From Paraspadella gotoi (taxonomy: Eukaryota > Animalia > Chaetognatha), in assembly GCA_051294375.1 (NCBI GenBank), contig CM119271.1, forward strand, positions 13,321,039 to 13,385,038: a stretch of DNA of 64,000 nucleotides, in the 5' to 3' direction. The translations under genes and the position numbers were made by a program. The notes beneath the pieces are model-generated. The model had not been told where the DNA came from. It did not search any database and saw only the letters and a list, made by a program, of their open reading frames with translations. This document shows positions 13,914 to 27,144 of the stretch, piece after piece. Position 1 is the stretch's first letter; every line of letters begins with the position of its first letter.

Positions 13914-16900
13914 CAAGAGAGAGAGAAAGAGAGAGAGACATCAACAAAAAGAGAGAGAGAGAGACAGAAGAAATTAAGAAGAACGAGAAGAGAGAGAGAA
14001 GAGAGACAGAAGAAAAGAGAAGAGTCAGCTAAAGAGCAAGAGCAGAGAGAACAGAGAAGAGAGACATGAAACAAAACAAGATCAAACCTTAGTGTGCCCG
14101 TCCTGAAAATCATCGGGTCGAGACCCGAGGCGGCAAAGCCTTATTGGCACACCCTTTGGGGTCGTCCTTTCATCGTCGAGCCGAAGATCTTTGGGGGCGA
14201 GGATGGAATAAGCGCGCCATCGAGCGCGAGTTAGGGCACGCTTGTTGCGAGTGCAGACCCTAACATGCAGATGCGGATCCTGAAGGGTGGCGCAGGGACG
14301 ACATAGGTGAGACACTGGTGAGAGCGTCGTACGCCGTACATTGTACGGACTTGTAGTGAACATGAAGGCGTTTCAAAGGTTTTCGAAAAAAATTGGTAAA
14401 AATTTTTTAAAAATACTTATACCAATAAAGACTTTTTTTAGTTTTTTAAAATTACAAATGTATAAAATTAATTAAGCTACTTTCATTATTGGGAGAAAGG
14501 ATATAGAAGATGCATACTATTGACAACATCAGTGGTTTAAAACATTCTTTCTTGGATAACATTTGGATATTTTCATTCGTATATAGTATACAATGCACTT
14601 GCTTTGACATTCAACTTTACTTAATAATTCGAAACGAACTGCTAACTCTTACTTAACCTTCGAGCACTCCGTTGCAGGTGAGTTGCATACGCAATTACAA
14701 GCGAGCGCCGATGATGGACCAGACTTTCTTTGATCTCGTTGGAATTGAATGCATCTAAAATACGATTAAATCAATCGATCAAGCTAAGAAGATAAATAAA
14801 CAAAGGTGCTATATAAAATTTACAGAAGCTATGCCACGATTATCTCAGGAGGTCACTTTACCGACCTAAGCACACTTATCCTTCCATCACCAAAAAGATG
14901 TTTGACCTTTACAAACTTATTCGACATGGCGGATAAATAGTATGAATTGCGAACCAACTTTGTCTCAAAATAATTTGACTCTATTTTCACTAAAACTGAC
15001 ACGATAAACAGTTCTTTAAAATGCCTGTCACGTCAGTCATGTCTCATAATGAGAGCCTTGAACTCATTCACAAGAATCCGACGATAAACTAACTTCACCA
15101 TTAAAACATTCCGGAAGATTCAGACCACTATAGTTATTCTCTCTTGACCTCTACCCCCCGCTCATCCAACCTCACCTGACGAAGTGAGGGTGAGTCGAGT
15201 TCAAGTCTTTCATGAGTTTGTGAAGCGATTTCTCTGTGAGCGGCTGAGATGTCATGAGCGCCGATCCTTTTTCTTTTCACCGGTGGTCCTTCTCGGTGAA
15301 CGACGAGGGCCACGACTTGACTTGAGGCGCGGACTGCATCAATGTTCACGACGGCCCTCGTTCACGGGTCCTGAAGATGAAGTGATGAGTGACATGAATG
15401 TAATGGAATGAATGAATGCTGAAGTCGTGAATGAATGAAGTTGAAGTTGAGAATTTATTAAATGAATATAAAAATGATGAATGAATGCGCATGAATGAAT
15501 GGAATGAAATGAAGATGATGATGAACTGATGAATGAATGAAATAATTGAACGTTTAAATTATAGAGGAACGAATATAATGAATGAATAAACGTGAGTAAG
15601 TATTTGAAACTGACGCTTATTTCTTAAACAACCACCCAGTAACGTTGTATTCCAACAACGCCGGCGCGTAATGACACAGAGCAAAGTTGGGGCCTCTGCG
15701 GGTTCGACCCTTTTTCGGCGGTTCGGCTTCCACGAAAGCAATGCGTGCTTCCCCAAGGATGTGTTCCCCATCAACTTCTCCAGTGTAAGGTTCTTGTCGG
15801 AGGCTTGGGACGATGCAACCTCTTCCTTCCAAAGATGGAGAGCACGCCCATCTTTTTCTCGATTCAGGTCTCGATGTCTTCACCAGAATCCATGCCAACA
15901 GTCGATGTGAAGGCCCATTGGATGATGCGCTCTCTTCGCCTTGTACTCTTCCTGCTCTTGGACGGAACATGTGATGGTTGAAAGACACTGCTGCATGCCT
16001 CTCGTTGGTTGTAGTTTGATGAGGAGCTGCTCCAAGACGTTGAAGCTCTAGAATCTCCGAAAGCCGGGCAATGTCAAGACGCCGATGAAATGCTTCTCTC
16101 GGGGATTGGGGGAGATAGTCGTGTCTCAGAGAATCGTTGCCAAACTGCGACGATCCAATCGAATACAAAACTGTAGCGAAGAGAGATTTGCTCGTTGGCG
16201 GAAACGAGAAATTCTACTTTGGTCTCCACTTTTGTAACCCTTTTGTTCACAGAAAATCTTTGCCCACCTTCAACTTGGGCTTCATGAAGGTGTGCGACGA
16301 AGAAGTCGGGTCGATGCCCGAGCAGCTGGGCAAGAATGACGCGTCCGTCCATGCCGTCGGGGCTCTGCTTGTTCTTCGCGACCCTTTTGGCGCCACTTTC
16401 GCGTGCCGGGATGGGCGATTGGCGATGGTAGCCTTGTTTAGGCAATGCCGTCTTGGTCGGCCTGAGTAAAGCCTAGAGTGATCAGGGCAGTGTCAGTGGC
16501 CCTCATTTCCTCGCCATCGTCCCATGCCTAGCAGACGTTCGGTCGATGCATTCACCCTGGCTGATGAAGTAGTACTGCCCTGGGTCGGGCTTTTCTGGGA
16601 CAAGATACCGCACATGTGGGGTACTGAGGATAAGCCATTGTGGATGCACTCGGTGGTAGAAAGATGTTGGTTAGTTTTCTCTTGCGATCTCCCAGCTGGA
16701 ATGTGATGCGGGACTCTCTCCAGCAGAGTAAGTTTCGGATGTCGGCTGCTAGTCGCGATCTTCCATGTTGGAGCTCGACAACTGGATTCTGATGAACTTA
16801 CCCTAGTGGACCCTGAGATTTAAAACGTTTATAATTCAATTTTAAAACAATAGAAAAATTAGGAGAAACTCTGAAAAAATAGAAAGTACGAACTATGTAA

Positions 16901-18524
16901 AATTGAATAAAAATTGAATATATTTTTAATATTAAAAATAGTTTTGAAATAGTTTAACAAAATTATTTTTGAAAGTTTGCTCTAAGAAATTTAAATTTTA
17001 TTTCAATAACTTAATTTTTTGTAGTTGATTTTTTATAAAATTGGTATAATGCATGATTTTCAGTAATCTAATTTTAACCAACACTTTGGCATACTTTTAG
17101 AACCTACTCTACCGAATCTTGAGGAATTGTTATTCCTCAACAGTGCTTCGGCGTTGCCATACGCCTCACAACGGCGGGTTTTGGCTTTGAAATGCTCTGC
17201 TCTTTCAAGAGACCGGCGTTTTCGAGACTTGGTGCGCGCCTTGGAAACTTGGGGGCCGTTGGGGGGGCGTGGTCGGCCGGCAGTTTGAGGGCGTAGTACT
17301 ATGCAACACCTTCTTGGTGTTCTCAGTCTTGGCCCGCCTTCCTGACTCGCCGGTGATCAGTGAGACTGTTCCTTGTGCTTTTGTCCATAATGATGAACAT
17401 AGGTTTTAATTAGATGGTTTAAAAAAGTCGTTTATATTATTTTCTTTTTGCACCATTCTTTTTGCACATTTCATTTAATAATACAATGCATTGTAGTCTA
17501 AATTGTCTTAACCAAAGATTAAAAATAATACAGTTTTAGTGGAGCCAAAAAAAAACTGTCAAAAAATTCACAACATTTTTTAAAATTCAAAATAAATTTA
17601 AAACTGTCAAAAAAAAACTTTGCAATAAATCATTTTAAATAAAATAAAAGTCTTTCATTATTAGTTCTTATGTAAGCTATTTGAAGCCTCCCAATTGTAT
17701 TTAATTAGCAAGCTTTATTCGACCTCCATTTCAATTGTTCTCCTTTGGACTCACCCTACTCCTAAGTAAATTGGCAAGGCCCCGTTCAGCGATTGGGTAC
17801 AAGATGCGGCGGCGCCTCGTTCCTTCTCTGTTTCCTGTAGTAATCTCTCACTGACCGCTGAGTTGTACAACATGAGTCCACTTGTAAGGGTTGATACAGA
17901 TGCAGTAAGAGGCCAGAGTAGGTGTTAGATCTTGCAAGAACTTTCGTTAACGCGTTCTCAGATTGTGCAGAACGCACCGGCTTCTGTTGACGCCGACGGG
18001 ACACAAGTTCGACATGTCCTTCTTGCCTGGGGGGGGGGGGGCGGGATCATCCACATTACATCTACCTCTTCATTCTTGCAGATCTGTTCATTAGATTCGA
18101 CACATATGCAGAATACCAATTTTAATGCTTTGATTTTTGACAAATTGAAATTTGAATTATAATATCTAAACTTTTACCCGTATCGAATTTCCACACTTAG
18201 CATAATTTTAACTATCAACTAGAAAAAAAAAATTAGAACGTTCGTTCGACTCACTAAATCAAATCAATCAATCTATCTGATCACCTCTGACGCAAAGCGA
18301 AGTCACATCAAAATAACTCAACTCAGTCTACCCAAATCAATCCCCAAAAAATTACTATTCTCAAAATTTGGGGCGGATTCCTCATCCCAACACTCCGCCT
18401 TGGGCACGTGAACGACAGTGTTCTTCGCCGTCTCTACTTTTCGCCATTTGAATCCTGCCTTGGTCTTTTGCTTATGGTTCTTTGATGTAGACTTCTCCGG
18501 ATCCGCTAACCACAACACGCGGTC
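8699..18524 (-). pseudogene. Inverted, indel-rich copy of the myosin gene (SH3 exon to distal tail exon); probable artefactual duplicate
   Basis: 8699-~11120 is an essentially exact reverse complement of ~2330-4743; the rest contains all motor exons, including the P-loop exon at ~17115-17380, with pervasive 1-nt indels in exons and introns alike. Confidence 0.8.
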
Positions 18525-19034
18525 TAATGGGGGGGGCGCGTTGTTGATGTTAGGTTGGGGGGTCATCAAAGGTAGAAACTAATCCATCACTTGTTTATAT
18601 GTTGTTCCATTGTTCCAGAGAAGACGAAACCCCAAGCACCCATTCTCAGTAATTGATAAATATTAATGTAAGATTTAGACAATTTAGAAAATTAGGAAAG
18701 AAATATAAAAGAAATAAAATAAAATCGTAAATCTCAGATGTTTTGGTTTTTTTTAAATTTGAAACATCAAAATAATTTATAAATAGTTTTTACGATTTTC
18801 ATTGTTGCTTTTTTAGATGATTTACATTTTTATTGCATCGTTAATAAAATTGTTTCTACTTTAGACGGAACAAAATATAAAATCTTTTTAAAGTTATCAT
18901 TAAAATGATAAAAGTATCATTCAAAATTTTGATGATATTTTATGTATATAATCTAGTAAAATTTTCAATATTGGAATAAAATTTTAAATTAAACGATGAT
19001 TTCGATTTAATCCATTGCATCCCGCTTTATTTAG

Positions 19035-19190
19035 ACCGCGTGTTGGGTTACGGATCCAGAGGAAGTCTACATCAAAGGAACCATAAGCAAAGACCAAGGA
19101 GATAAATGCGAAGTGGAGACGGCGAAGAACACTGTCGTCACTGTGCCCAAGGCGGAGTGTTGGGAGAGGAATCCGCCCAAATTTGAGAAG
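19035..19190 (+). CDS. Myosin II heavy chain-like, SH3-like exon (TACWVTDPEEVYIKGTISKDQGDKCEVETAKNTVVTVPKAECWERNPPKFEK)
   Basis: TAG acceptor at 19032-19034, GT donor at 19191, 156 nt, phase 0/0; CWV.D...NPPKFEK myosin II motif. Confidence 0.9.
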
Positions 19191-19339
19191 GTAATTTTTT
19201 GGGGATTGATTGGGTAGACTGATTGATTTATTTGATTGATCGTTTGCGTCAGAGGGTGATCGATAGATTGATTGATTTGATTTAGTGATCGAACGAACGT
19301 TTAATTTTTTTTTTTTATTGATAATTAAAATTATGCTAA

Positions 19340-19364
19340 NNNNNNNNNNNNNNNNNNNNNNNNN
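19340..19364. other. Assembly gap (25 N)
   Basis: Run of exactly 25 N. Confidence 0.99.
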
Positions 19365-22300
19365 AGAGCACGCACGAGAAGCAGAGCAGAGACGGCAGTA
19401 AGATCGTCTTCAGCCCACCGGATTCCAACAAAACCAAAGAAAGTACCAACAAAAATCAAACAGTTTGTTTTACTTCACGGAGATGGATTTGTCCACATTT
19501 CGTGCTTCTCCGTCAAAAGTCTGCGGATGTGGGCCCATGCTTTGAATTCCGGAAGTACTGAAGTTTATCTCAATTCCGATTCGTGACCGGCAATTACCCC
19601 GCTTCGGTTTGCTGTACTGAGATCGTCTGTCCCGATTTTTGCAAACTGCCACCTTTGTTCGACCTCAGGAGCGAGATGGCGGCCGGTCTTGACCCGAATT
19701 TTTCCGTGTGCTAACGCCAGGTTTGTTTTTGGAATGATGTGGAGTTTGAGTGGTTTCTAAGAAATTCGTGGCTAGTGTTGGAACTTTCACGTTCATTTTG
19801 GTCGTAGCGCAATTTTAATTTTAAAATTTAATGACATTCAGAAAAGCGAACGTATACTCAACATATTCAAGTCGCGTCATTGTAATTCTGTCGTTCAGAC
19901 CGTTAAAGACAAATGTGATTTCTTTCGTTAGCTTACAATTTCAGGAGCCTGGTTAGCACCATATTAACTTGGAAAGATAACTTCAGACTTTAAATCTACT
20001 ATGGTTTTAAAATTTTATAAAATTCTACTAATGGATTCGTTTTGTTTACTAGTTCATATATTTATTCAATTATTGCATTACCTAGCATTCATTATTATTC
20101 TTTCAGCCCCTGCATTGAATGACGTCCTGATGGATTGATTGATTGATTCATATATTTATCCTATTTTTATTTCATTAATGATCTTTTATAACATGTCGTG
20201 GGTGTGTGATTCAATCTTCATTATCTAATTGAATTCCTTCATCCATCATTCCATCATCCATGGGCTCATCCATCCATCTCATCCATCCCATCATCCATCG
20301 CCATAGCCGCACCTCCATCCATAGTTCCCTTACCCATCGCGGAAGCCTGCGGCCTATTTGTCCTTACCATGTTCGATAACAACATCATATCTGCACTGTT
20401 GACCTTGTCAACTGATCATGTAACTATGGCATGTGCTTCCATCGCTCGTGCAACTTGTTTCCTCCTACCGCCTCTCGCACAATGGTGGCGCCTCAGAAGT
20501 CCATAGAGGGCGGACGGCCGGCCGTCTTGCGGCGCGCCTTTACGTGTCCAAGGATTTGATGTCGTTGTGCGCGATTGGCGCCGCTTGACTTGAGCCAAGC
20601 GTCAGCAGCCGGTTCGTGCTCGCTCGCGAATGGAGGGCGGCTTTTACTTGAGCACCGGTGGAAGGAGGAAGAGGAGGATGAAGGGGAAGAGACAGAGAGG
20701 ATGAGAGAGAGAGAGAGCAGAGAGAGAGAGAGAGCAAGGACGTAGATATGTCTGATTCCATCAATCCTGAAAGGAGATGAAGATAAATATTTAAACCTGG
20801 CAACTCATCTAATTTGCTGCCTATTGCAGGCATTTGGAAGAGATCTAAACGAATACGACATCATTGTGGATACTTCAGAATTACTTACAGATCTCATTTA
20901 AGTATTTTATACACACCTTTCTCTCGTTTTTTACTTTCGATTGACTGAAGTTTTTTTAAAAAAACAATTCCATTTCGCTTTGGAATCGAATAATATTAAA
21001 TTCCATTTTAGCAGGCCCGGCATCGCGTAAATTTCCACCTCCTCGGCCAGAATGGTCAAACACCAACGATCGCTTACCACCGACCTTGCGCCGCTCTTAA
21101 CTCACCCTCTTGAGACTCCGTCGTTGAGCTTCTGCACACCTTCTCCTCTCCCTGACCTTCATTGCCGTCCGTCTAAAGAAAGCCTATGAGCTTTCCACCG
21201 ACGAGCGGCGCCGTATCCTCTGCGGCGTTTCTCTCTCTTCTTCCTTACCTTCTTCTTTGCGCGATCTTTGCCGATCCCGAGACCGACTTTCGTAGATCAT
21301 GTAGAACTGGTACGCGCGGTAGAATTGTGATTGGATTGATTCGGTCGAGTTGACGTCTCACCGATTGCCGAGTGTGTGATTTTAGTTAGCGATCTGACTG
21401 GACGATCGTTATTGATGAATAAAAAGAGGCATCGGTCGATTTATTGAATGGCTGTCTTTTCAAACGTATTGTTTGATGTGATTGCTCAGATTTTTTGGGC
21501 AATGATTGATGTAAGAATTTACAGGAAATTGAGCGAGTAAGGGTTGATTGTTTAAATGATTGTGTGTTGATTGATTTTTCGGTTTTAACTGAGATAGATT
21601 TTGCTAATTGATTGTTGTTGAATCATTTAACGATCCAAACTGTTGGAAGTATCAAATGGTCGGGTTTGTGCAGCAGAGTCCACAATGTGATATTATAGAT
21701 AATAACTTTGAGTGATTGATTCGAACCGTGATTGATTTTTATCAATCTCGTTGTGACTTTATATTGTTAACTTTATTTATTGGTTGAAAGTAATAGATTG
21801 ATTTGGCCATATACGTATTATTCTGAATTGATTCTTCTGACTTTTCTTTGTTATTTGACTTTATTGCATAAACAAAAGCTCAATCCATTATGAGTCGATT
21901 TATGTGGATATGGCGATGATTGTATTTTTGATATGTATTTCTCAGCTGATTCTTCGGGCATGCACTTATGTTTATTTTAGTTTGCATTGGTTGATTCTTT
22001 TTATTAACGCTGGCACCATGGCCGTTCTTCGATCTGTAATAATTCCTGCATTGTTGTTTCTGAGATGGGACCCGAATGATGGCTTTTCTTTCCGCGACTG
22101 CTTCCCCTATCGTAGGCTGAGCATATTTGAACCGAGGCACCTTGCGGTATTGTGGCAGACAACTTGCTCTCTTGATGACGAGACGGAAGCGGGCAGCTCT
22201 CCGCGATCCTCTCCAGTTTGAGAGGCGACGCCGCGCGGCAACAATCACCTGTGGCGGTGGGTTGGGGAGGTGAGAGGAGAGAGGGGTGGGTGACGAGGGT

Positions 22301-22398
22301 TAGAGAAGAGAGAGAGAGATAGAGAGGAGAGAGAGAGAGGAGAGAGAGCGAATGAGGAGGAGAGAGAGAGGAAGAACCAGACTGAAATTAAGAAAACG

Positions 22399-22443
<45 letters not shown>

Positions 22444-25400
22444 AAGAGAGAGAGAAGAGAGAGAGAGGGACATTTCAACTACAAAAAGAAGAGAGAACAG
22501 AGAGAAATTAAGAACGAACGAGAAAGAGACGAGAGAACAGAGAGACAGAAGAGACAAGAGAAAAGTAGACATCAGACTAAAGAGCAAAGAGACAGAGAGA
22601 CCACAAGAGAAAAGAGGAGACATTGACAACAAACACAAGTATTCAACCCTTCTAGTGTGCGCCAGTCCTGAAAATCATCGGGGTCGAGACCCCACGAGGC
22701 GGGCAACAGCCTTATTGGCAGCACCCTTTGGGGTCGTCTTCATCGTCGAGTCCGAACAGATCTTGGGGGCGTAGGATGGAATAAGCGCGCCATCGACGTC
22801 GAGTAGGGCAGCTTGTTGGCGAGTGCAGACCCTCAACATGCAGATGCGGATTCGCGTGAAGGTGGGCGCACTGGTGACCGACATAGGATGAGACCTGGTG
22901 AGAGCGTCGTACGCCGTACATTGTACGGACATTGAGTGAAACATTGAAGGGCGTTTACAAAGGTTTTTCGAAAAAAATTGGTAAAGAATTTTAAAAAATA
23001 CCCTTATACCATAAGCTCTCTTTTTAGTTTTTTTCTAAACATTACAAATAAGTATGACCAAATTAATTATAGCTACTTTCATATTGGGAGAAAGGATATA
23101 GAAGATGCATATCTATTGACAACATAGTGGTTTAAAAACATTCTTTCTTGGATAACATTTGATATTTCATATCGTATATAGTATTCAATGCATTGCTTCG
23201 AACATTCAACTTACCTTAAACATTCGAAACGAACTCGCTAACTCTTACTTAACCTTCGAGCACTCCGTTGCAGGTGAGTTTGCATAGCCGCAATTACAAG
23301 CGGAGGCCCAGATGATGTGACCAGACTTTCTTTGATCTCGTTTGGAATGATGCATCTACAAATACATAAATCAATCGATCAAGTCGCTAAGAGATGATAA
23401 ATAAAACAAAGGTTGCTATATAACAATTTACAGAAGCTATGCCACGATTATCTGCAGGAGGTCACTTTACCTGACCTAAAAGCACACTTATCCTTCCATC
23501 ACAAAAAGAGTTTGACCCTTTACAAACTATTCGACATGGGCGGATAAAAGTATGAATCGTGGAACCAACTTTGTCTCAAATAATTTGAACTCTATTTTCA
23601 CTGAAAACTGACCACGATAAACAGTCTTAAAATGCCTAGGTCTACGTCATGTCATGTCTCTATAATGAGAGATCACTTGAACTCACTTCCAAGAATCCGA
23701 CGATGAAACTAACTCACACCATTAAAAACATCCGCGAAGGATCACGTACACTATAGTTATTCTCTCTTGACGCTCTACGCTCGCCGCTCCATCCAACTCA
23801 CCTGATCGAAGCTGAGGGTGAGTTCAAGTTCAAGGTCTTTCATTGAGTTTGTGAAGGCGGATTTCTCTGTGCAGCGGCCATGACGAATGGTCATGAGCGC
23901 CGATCCTTTCTTCTTTTCAACCGGTGTCCCTTACCTCTGGTGAACCGACGAGGGCCACGACCTTGACTCTGAGCGGCGGACTGGGATCAATGTTCACGCG
24001 ACGGCCCTCGTTCACGGGTCCTGAAAGATGAAGTGATGAGTGACATGAATGTCAATGGAATGAAATTGAATGCTGAGTCGTGAATTGAAATGAAGTTGAA
24101 GTTGCAGAATTTACTTAAATGAAATTAAAAATGATGAATGAATGGATGAATGAATGAATGAAATGGAATGATTGAATGAATGAACTGATGAATGAATGAA
24201 TAATTGAACGTTTATTATAGAGGAAACGAATATAATGAATGAATAAACGTGAGTAAGTATTGAAACTGACCTTATTCTTAAACAACCACCCAGTAAACGT
24301 TTGTATCCACAACGCCGGCCGTAATGACACAGGCAAAGTGGGCCCTGCGGGTTCGACACCTTTTTCGACGGCGTTACGGCTTCCACGAAAGCAGCTCGTG
24401 CTCCCAGGATGTGTTCCCCATCAACTTCTCCAGGTAAGGTCTTGTCGGAGTGCTTGGGGACGATGCTACCTCTTCCTTCCAAAGATTGGAGAGCACGCCC
24501 ATCTTTTTTCTCGATCAGTCGTCGATGGTCTTTCACCATATATCCATGCCAACAGTCGATGAAGGCCCATTGTGTGATGGCTCTCTTCGCCTTGTACTCT
24601 TCCTCGCTCTTGGACGAACATGTGATGGTTGAAAGAACTGCTGCATGCTCTCGTTGGTGTAGTTTTGATGAGGAGCTGCTCCAATAGACGTTGAAGCGCT
24701 ACGAGATCTCCGAAAGCCGGGCAATGTCGAAGACGGCCGATGAAATGCCTTCTCTCGCGGTTGGGGTGTCGTGTCTCAGAGAATTCCTGGTTTGACCAAA
24801 CTGCGAACGATCAATCTGATGTACAAATACTGTAGCTTGAAGAGAGGATTTGGCTCGTTGGCGGAAACCTCGAGAAAAATTCTACTTTTGGTCTCCGCAC
24901 GTTTTTGTAACCCTTTTGCTTCACAGAAAATCTTTGCCCACCTTCAAGCTTGGGGCTTCATCGAAGTGTGTGCGACGAAGAAGTCGGGTCGATGCCCGAG
25001 CAGCTTTTGGGACAAGAACGTGAAGCGTCCGTCCATGCCGTCGGGCTCTGCTATGTCTCCTATCCTGCGACCCTTTTTGGCGCCACTTTCGCGTTGCCGC
25101 GGATGGGCGTTTGGCGATGGTAGCGCTTGTAGGCAATGCCGTTTGGTCGGCACTGAAGTAAAAAGCCTAGAGTGATCCAGGGCAGTGGTCAGTGGCCCTC
25201 ATTTCCTGCCATGGCGTTCCATTTGCCTAGCAGACGGGTTCAGGTCCCGATTTGCCATTTTCACCCATGGCTGAATGAAGTAGTACTGGCCCTGGGTCGG
25301 GCTTTTCCTGGGAACAAGACTTACCGCACATGGCGTGGTACTCGAGGATAAGCCATTGTGGATGCAGCTCAGCTGGTACGGAAGATAGTTTGGTAGTTTC

Positions 25401-27040
25401 TCTTGCGATCTCCCAGCTGGTAGATGATGCTGCGGGACTTCTCTCCAGCAGAGCTAAGTTTCGATGTCGGCCTGCTAGTCGCGATCTTCCATGTTGGAGC
25501 TCTGACAACTGGATTCTGATGAACTTACCCTTAGTCGCGCACCCCTGAGATTTAAAACGTTTAATAATTCAAGTTTTAAAACAATAGAACAATTAGGATG
25601 ATAACTCTGAAAAAAATAGAAAGTACGCAACTATGCTAAAATTGAATAAAATTGAATATATTTTTAAATATTTTAAAATAGTTTTGAAATAGTTTAACAA
25701 AATTATTTTTGAAAGTTTGCTTCTAAGAAATTTAAATTTTAATTTCAATACTAATTTTTTTAGCTTAGTTTGATTTTTTATAAATTGTGTCAGTAATGCA
25801 TGATTTTCAGTATATCTAATTTTTAACAACAACTTTGGCCATACCTTTTACGAACCTACTCTACCGAATCTTGAGGTGAATTGTTATTCCTCAACAGTGC
25901 TTTCGGCGTTTGCCATCATCGCCCTATCAACGGCGGGTTTTGGCTTTGAACCATGCTCTGCTCTTTTCAAGAGACCGGCGTTTTCGAAGACTTGGTGCGC
26001 GCCTTGGACTCTGGTGGCGTTGGGGTCGCGCAGTTGAGGGCGTAGTACTATTGCAACACCTTCTTGGTGTTCTCAGTCTTGGCCGCTCCTGACTCGCCGG
26101 TGATCAGTGAGACTGTTCCTTGTGCTGTTCTGTCTAAATGATGAACAAGGTTTTAATCTCAGATGGTTTAAAAAAGTCGTTTATATTGATTTTCTTTTTG
26201 CAACTCACTTTCTTTTTGCACCATTTCATTTGAATAACTACAATGCATTGCAGTCTAAAATTTGTTTAACCCAAAGATTAAAATCAATACAGTCTTAGTG
26301 GAGCAAAAAAAAGACCTGTCAACGCAAATATTTCAAAAAAACAAACAATTTTTTTAAAATTCAAAATAAATTAAAACTGTCACAAAGAAAAACTTTTGAA
26401 AATACTCATTTTAAATAAAATAACAGTCTTTCATTATTAGTTTTTCTGTGAAGTGTAAGCTTTATTTGAAGCCTCCACTTTTTTCAATTGTTAATTTTAA
26501 GTTTTTCTGAGCAAGCTTTATTCGACCTCGCCATTTCAATTGTTCTCCTTGGACTCATCCCATAGACTTCCTAAGTTAAAATTGGCTAAGGCCCTCCGTT
26601 CAGCGATGGGTACAAGATGCGGCGGCGCCGCTCGTTCGCTATCTGCTGTTTCCTGTAGTAATTTCTTGCATCCTGACCGCTGAGTGTACCATGGAGTCGC
26701 ACTTGTCACAGGTGATACAGATGCAGTAAGTAGGCCAGAGTAGGCTGTTAGATTTTGGCAAGAACTTTCGTTAACGCGTTTCTCAGACTTCCCCGTGCCA
26801 GAACGCCACCGGCTCTTCTGTTGACGCCGATCGGACACTATAGTTCCGACACTGTCCCGTTCTTGCCCTGGGGGGGCGTGCCGGGGGGCGGGATCATCCA
26901 CGATACCATCATATCCTCTTCACTCCCTTGCAGATCTGTCATAGATTCGACACATATGCAGAATACAGAAATTTTAACTGCTTTGAATTTTTGACAAATT
27001 GAAATTTTGAATTATAATATCTAAACTTTTACCCCGTATC
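19365..27040 (-). pseudogene. Second inverted, heavily insertion-rich copy of the myosin gene; folds back onto the + copy at ~27040
   Basis: Collinear with ~11080-18190 but with more single-base insertions; the sequence flanking ~27040 mirrors itself (same exon at ~26570-26865 on - and 27145-27388 on +). Confidence 0.8.
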
Positions 27041-27144
27041 GCAATTCGCAACTCATCAAAAATCAAAGCATAAAATTGTATCGATATTTCGAACTATGAC
27101 AATCTCAAATAAGAGTATATGTATCTATGATCCCCCCCCCCCAG

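Noticed and set aside
8699-27040. Genuine inverted myosin paralogues, or programmed frameshifting/RNA editing
   Set aside because: Indels are random, equally dense in introns, and the blocks abut 25-N gaps; uncorrected long-read error is the simpler explanation
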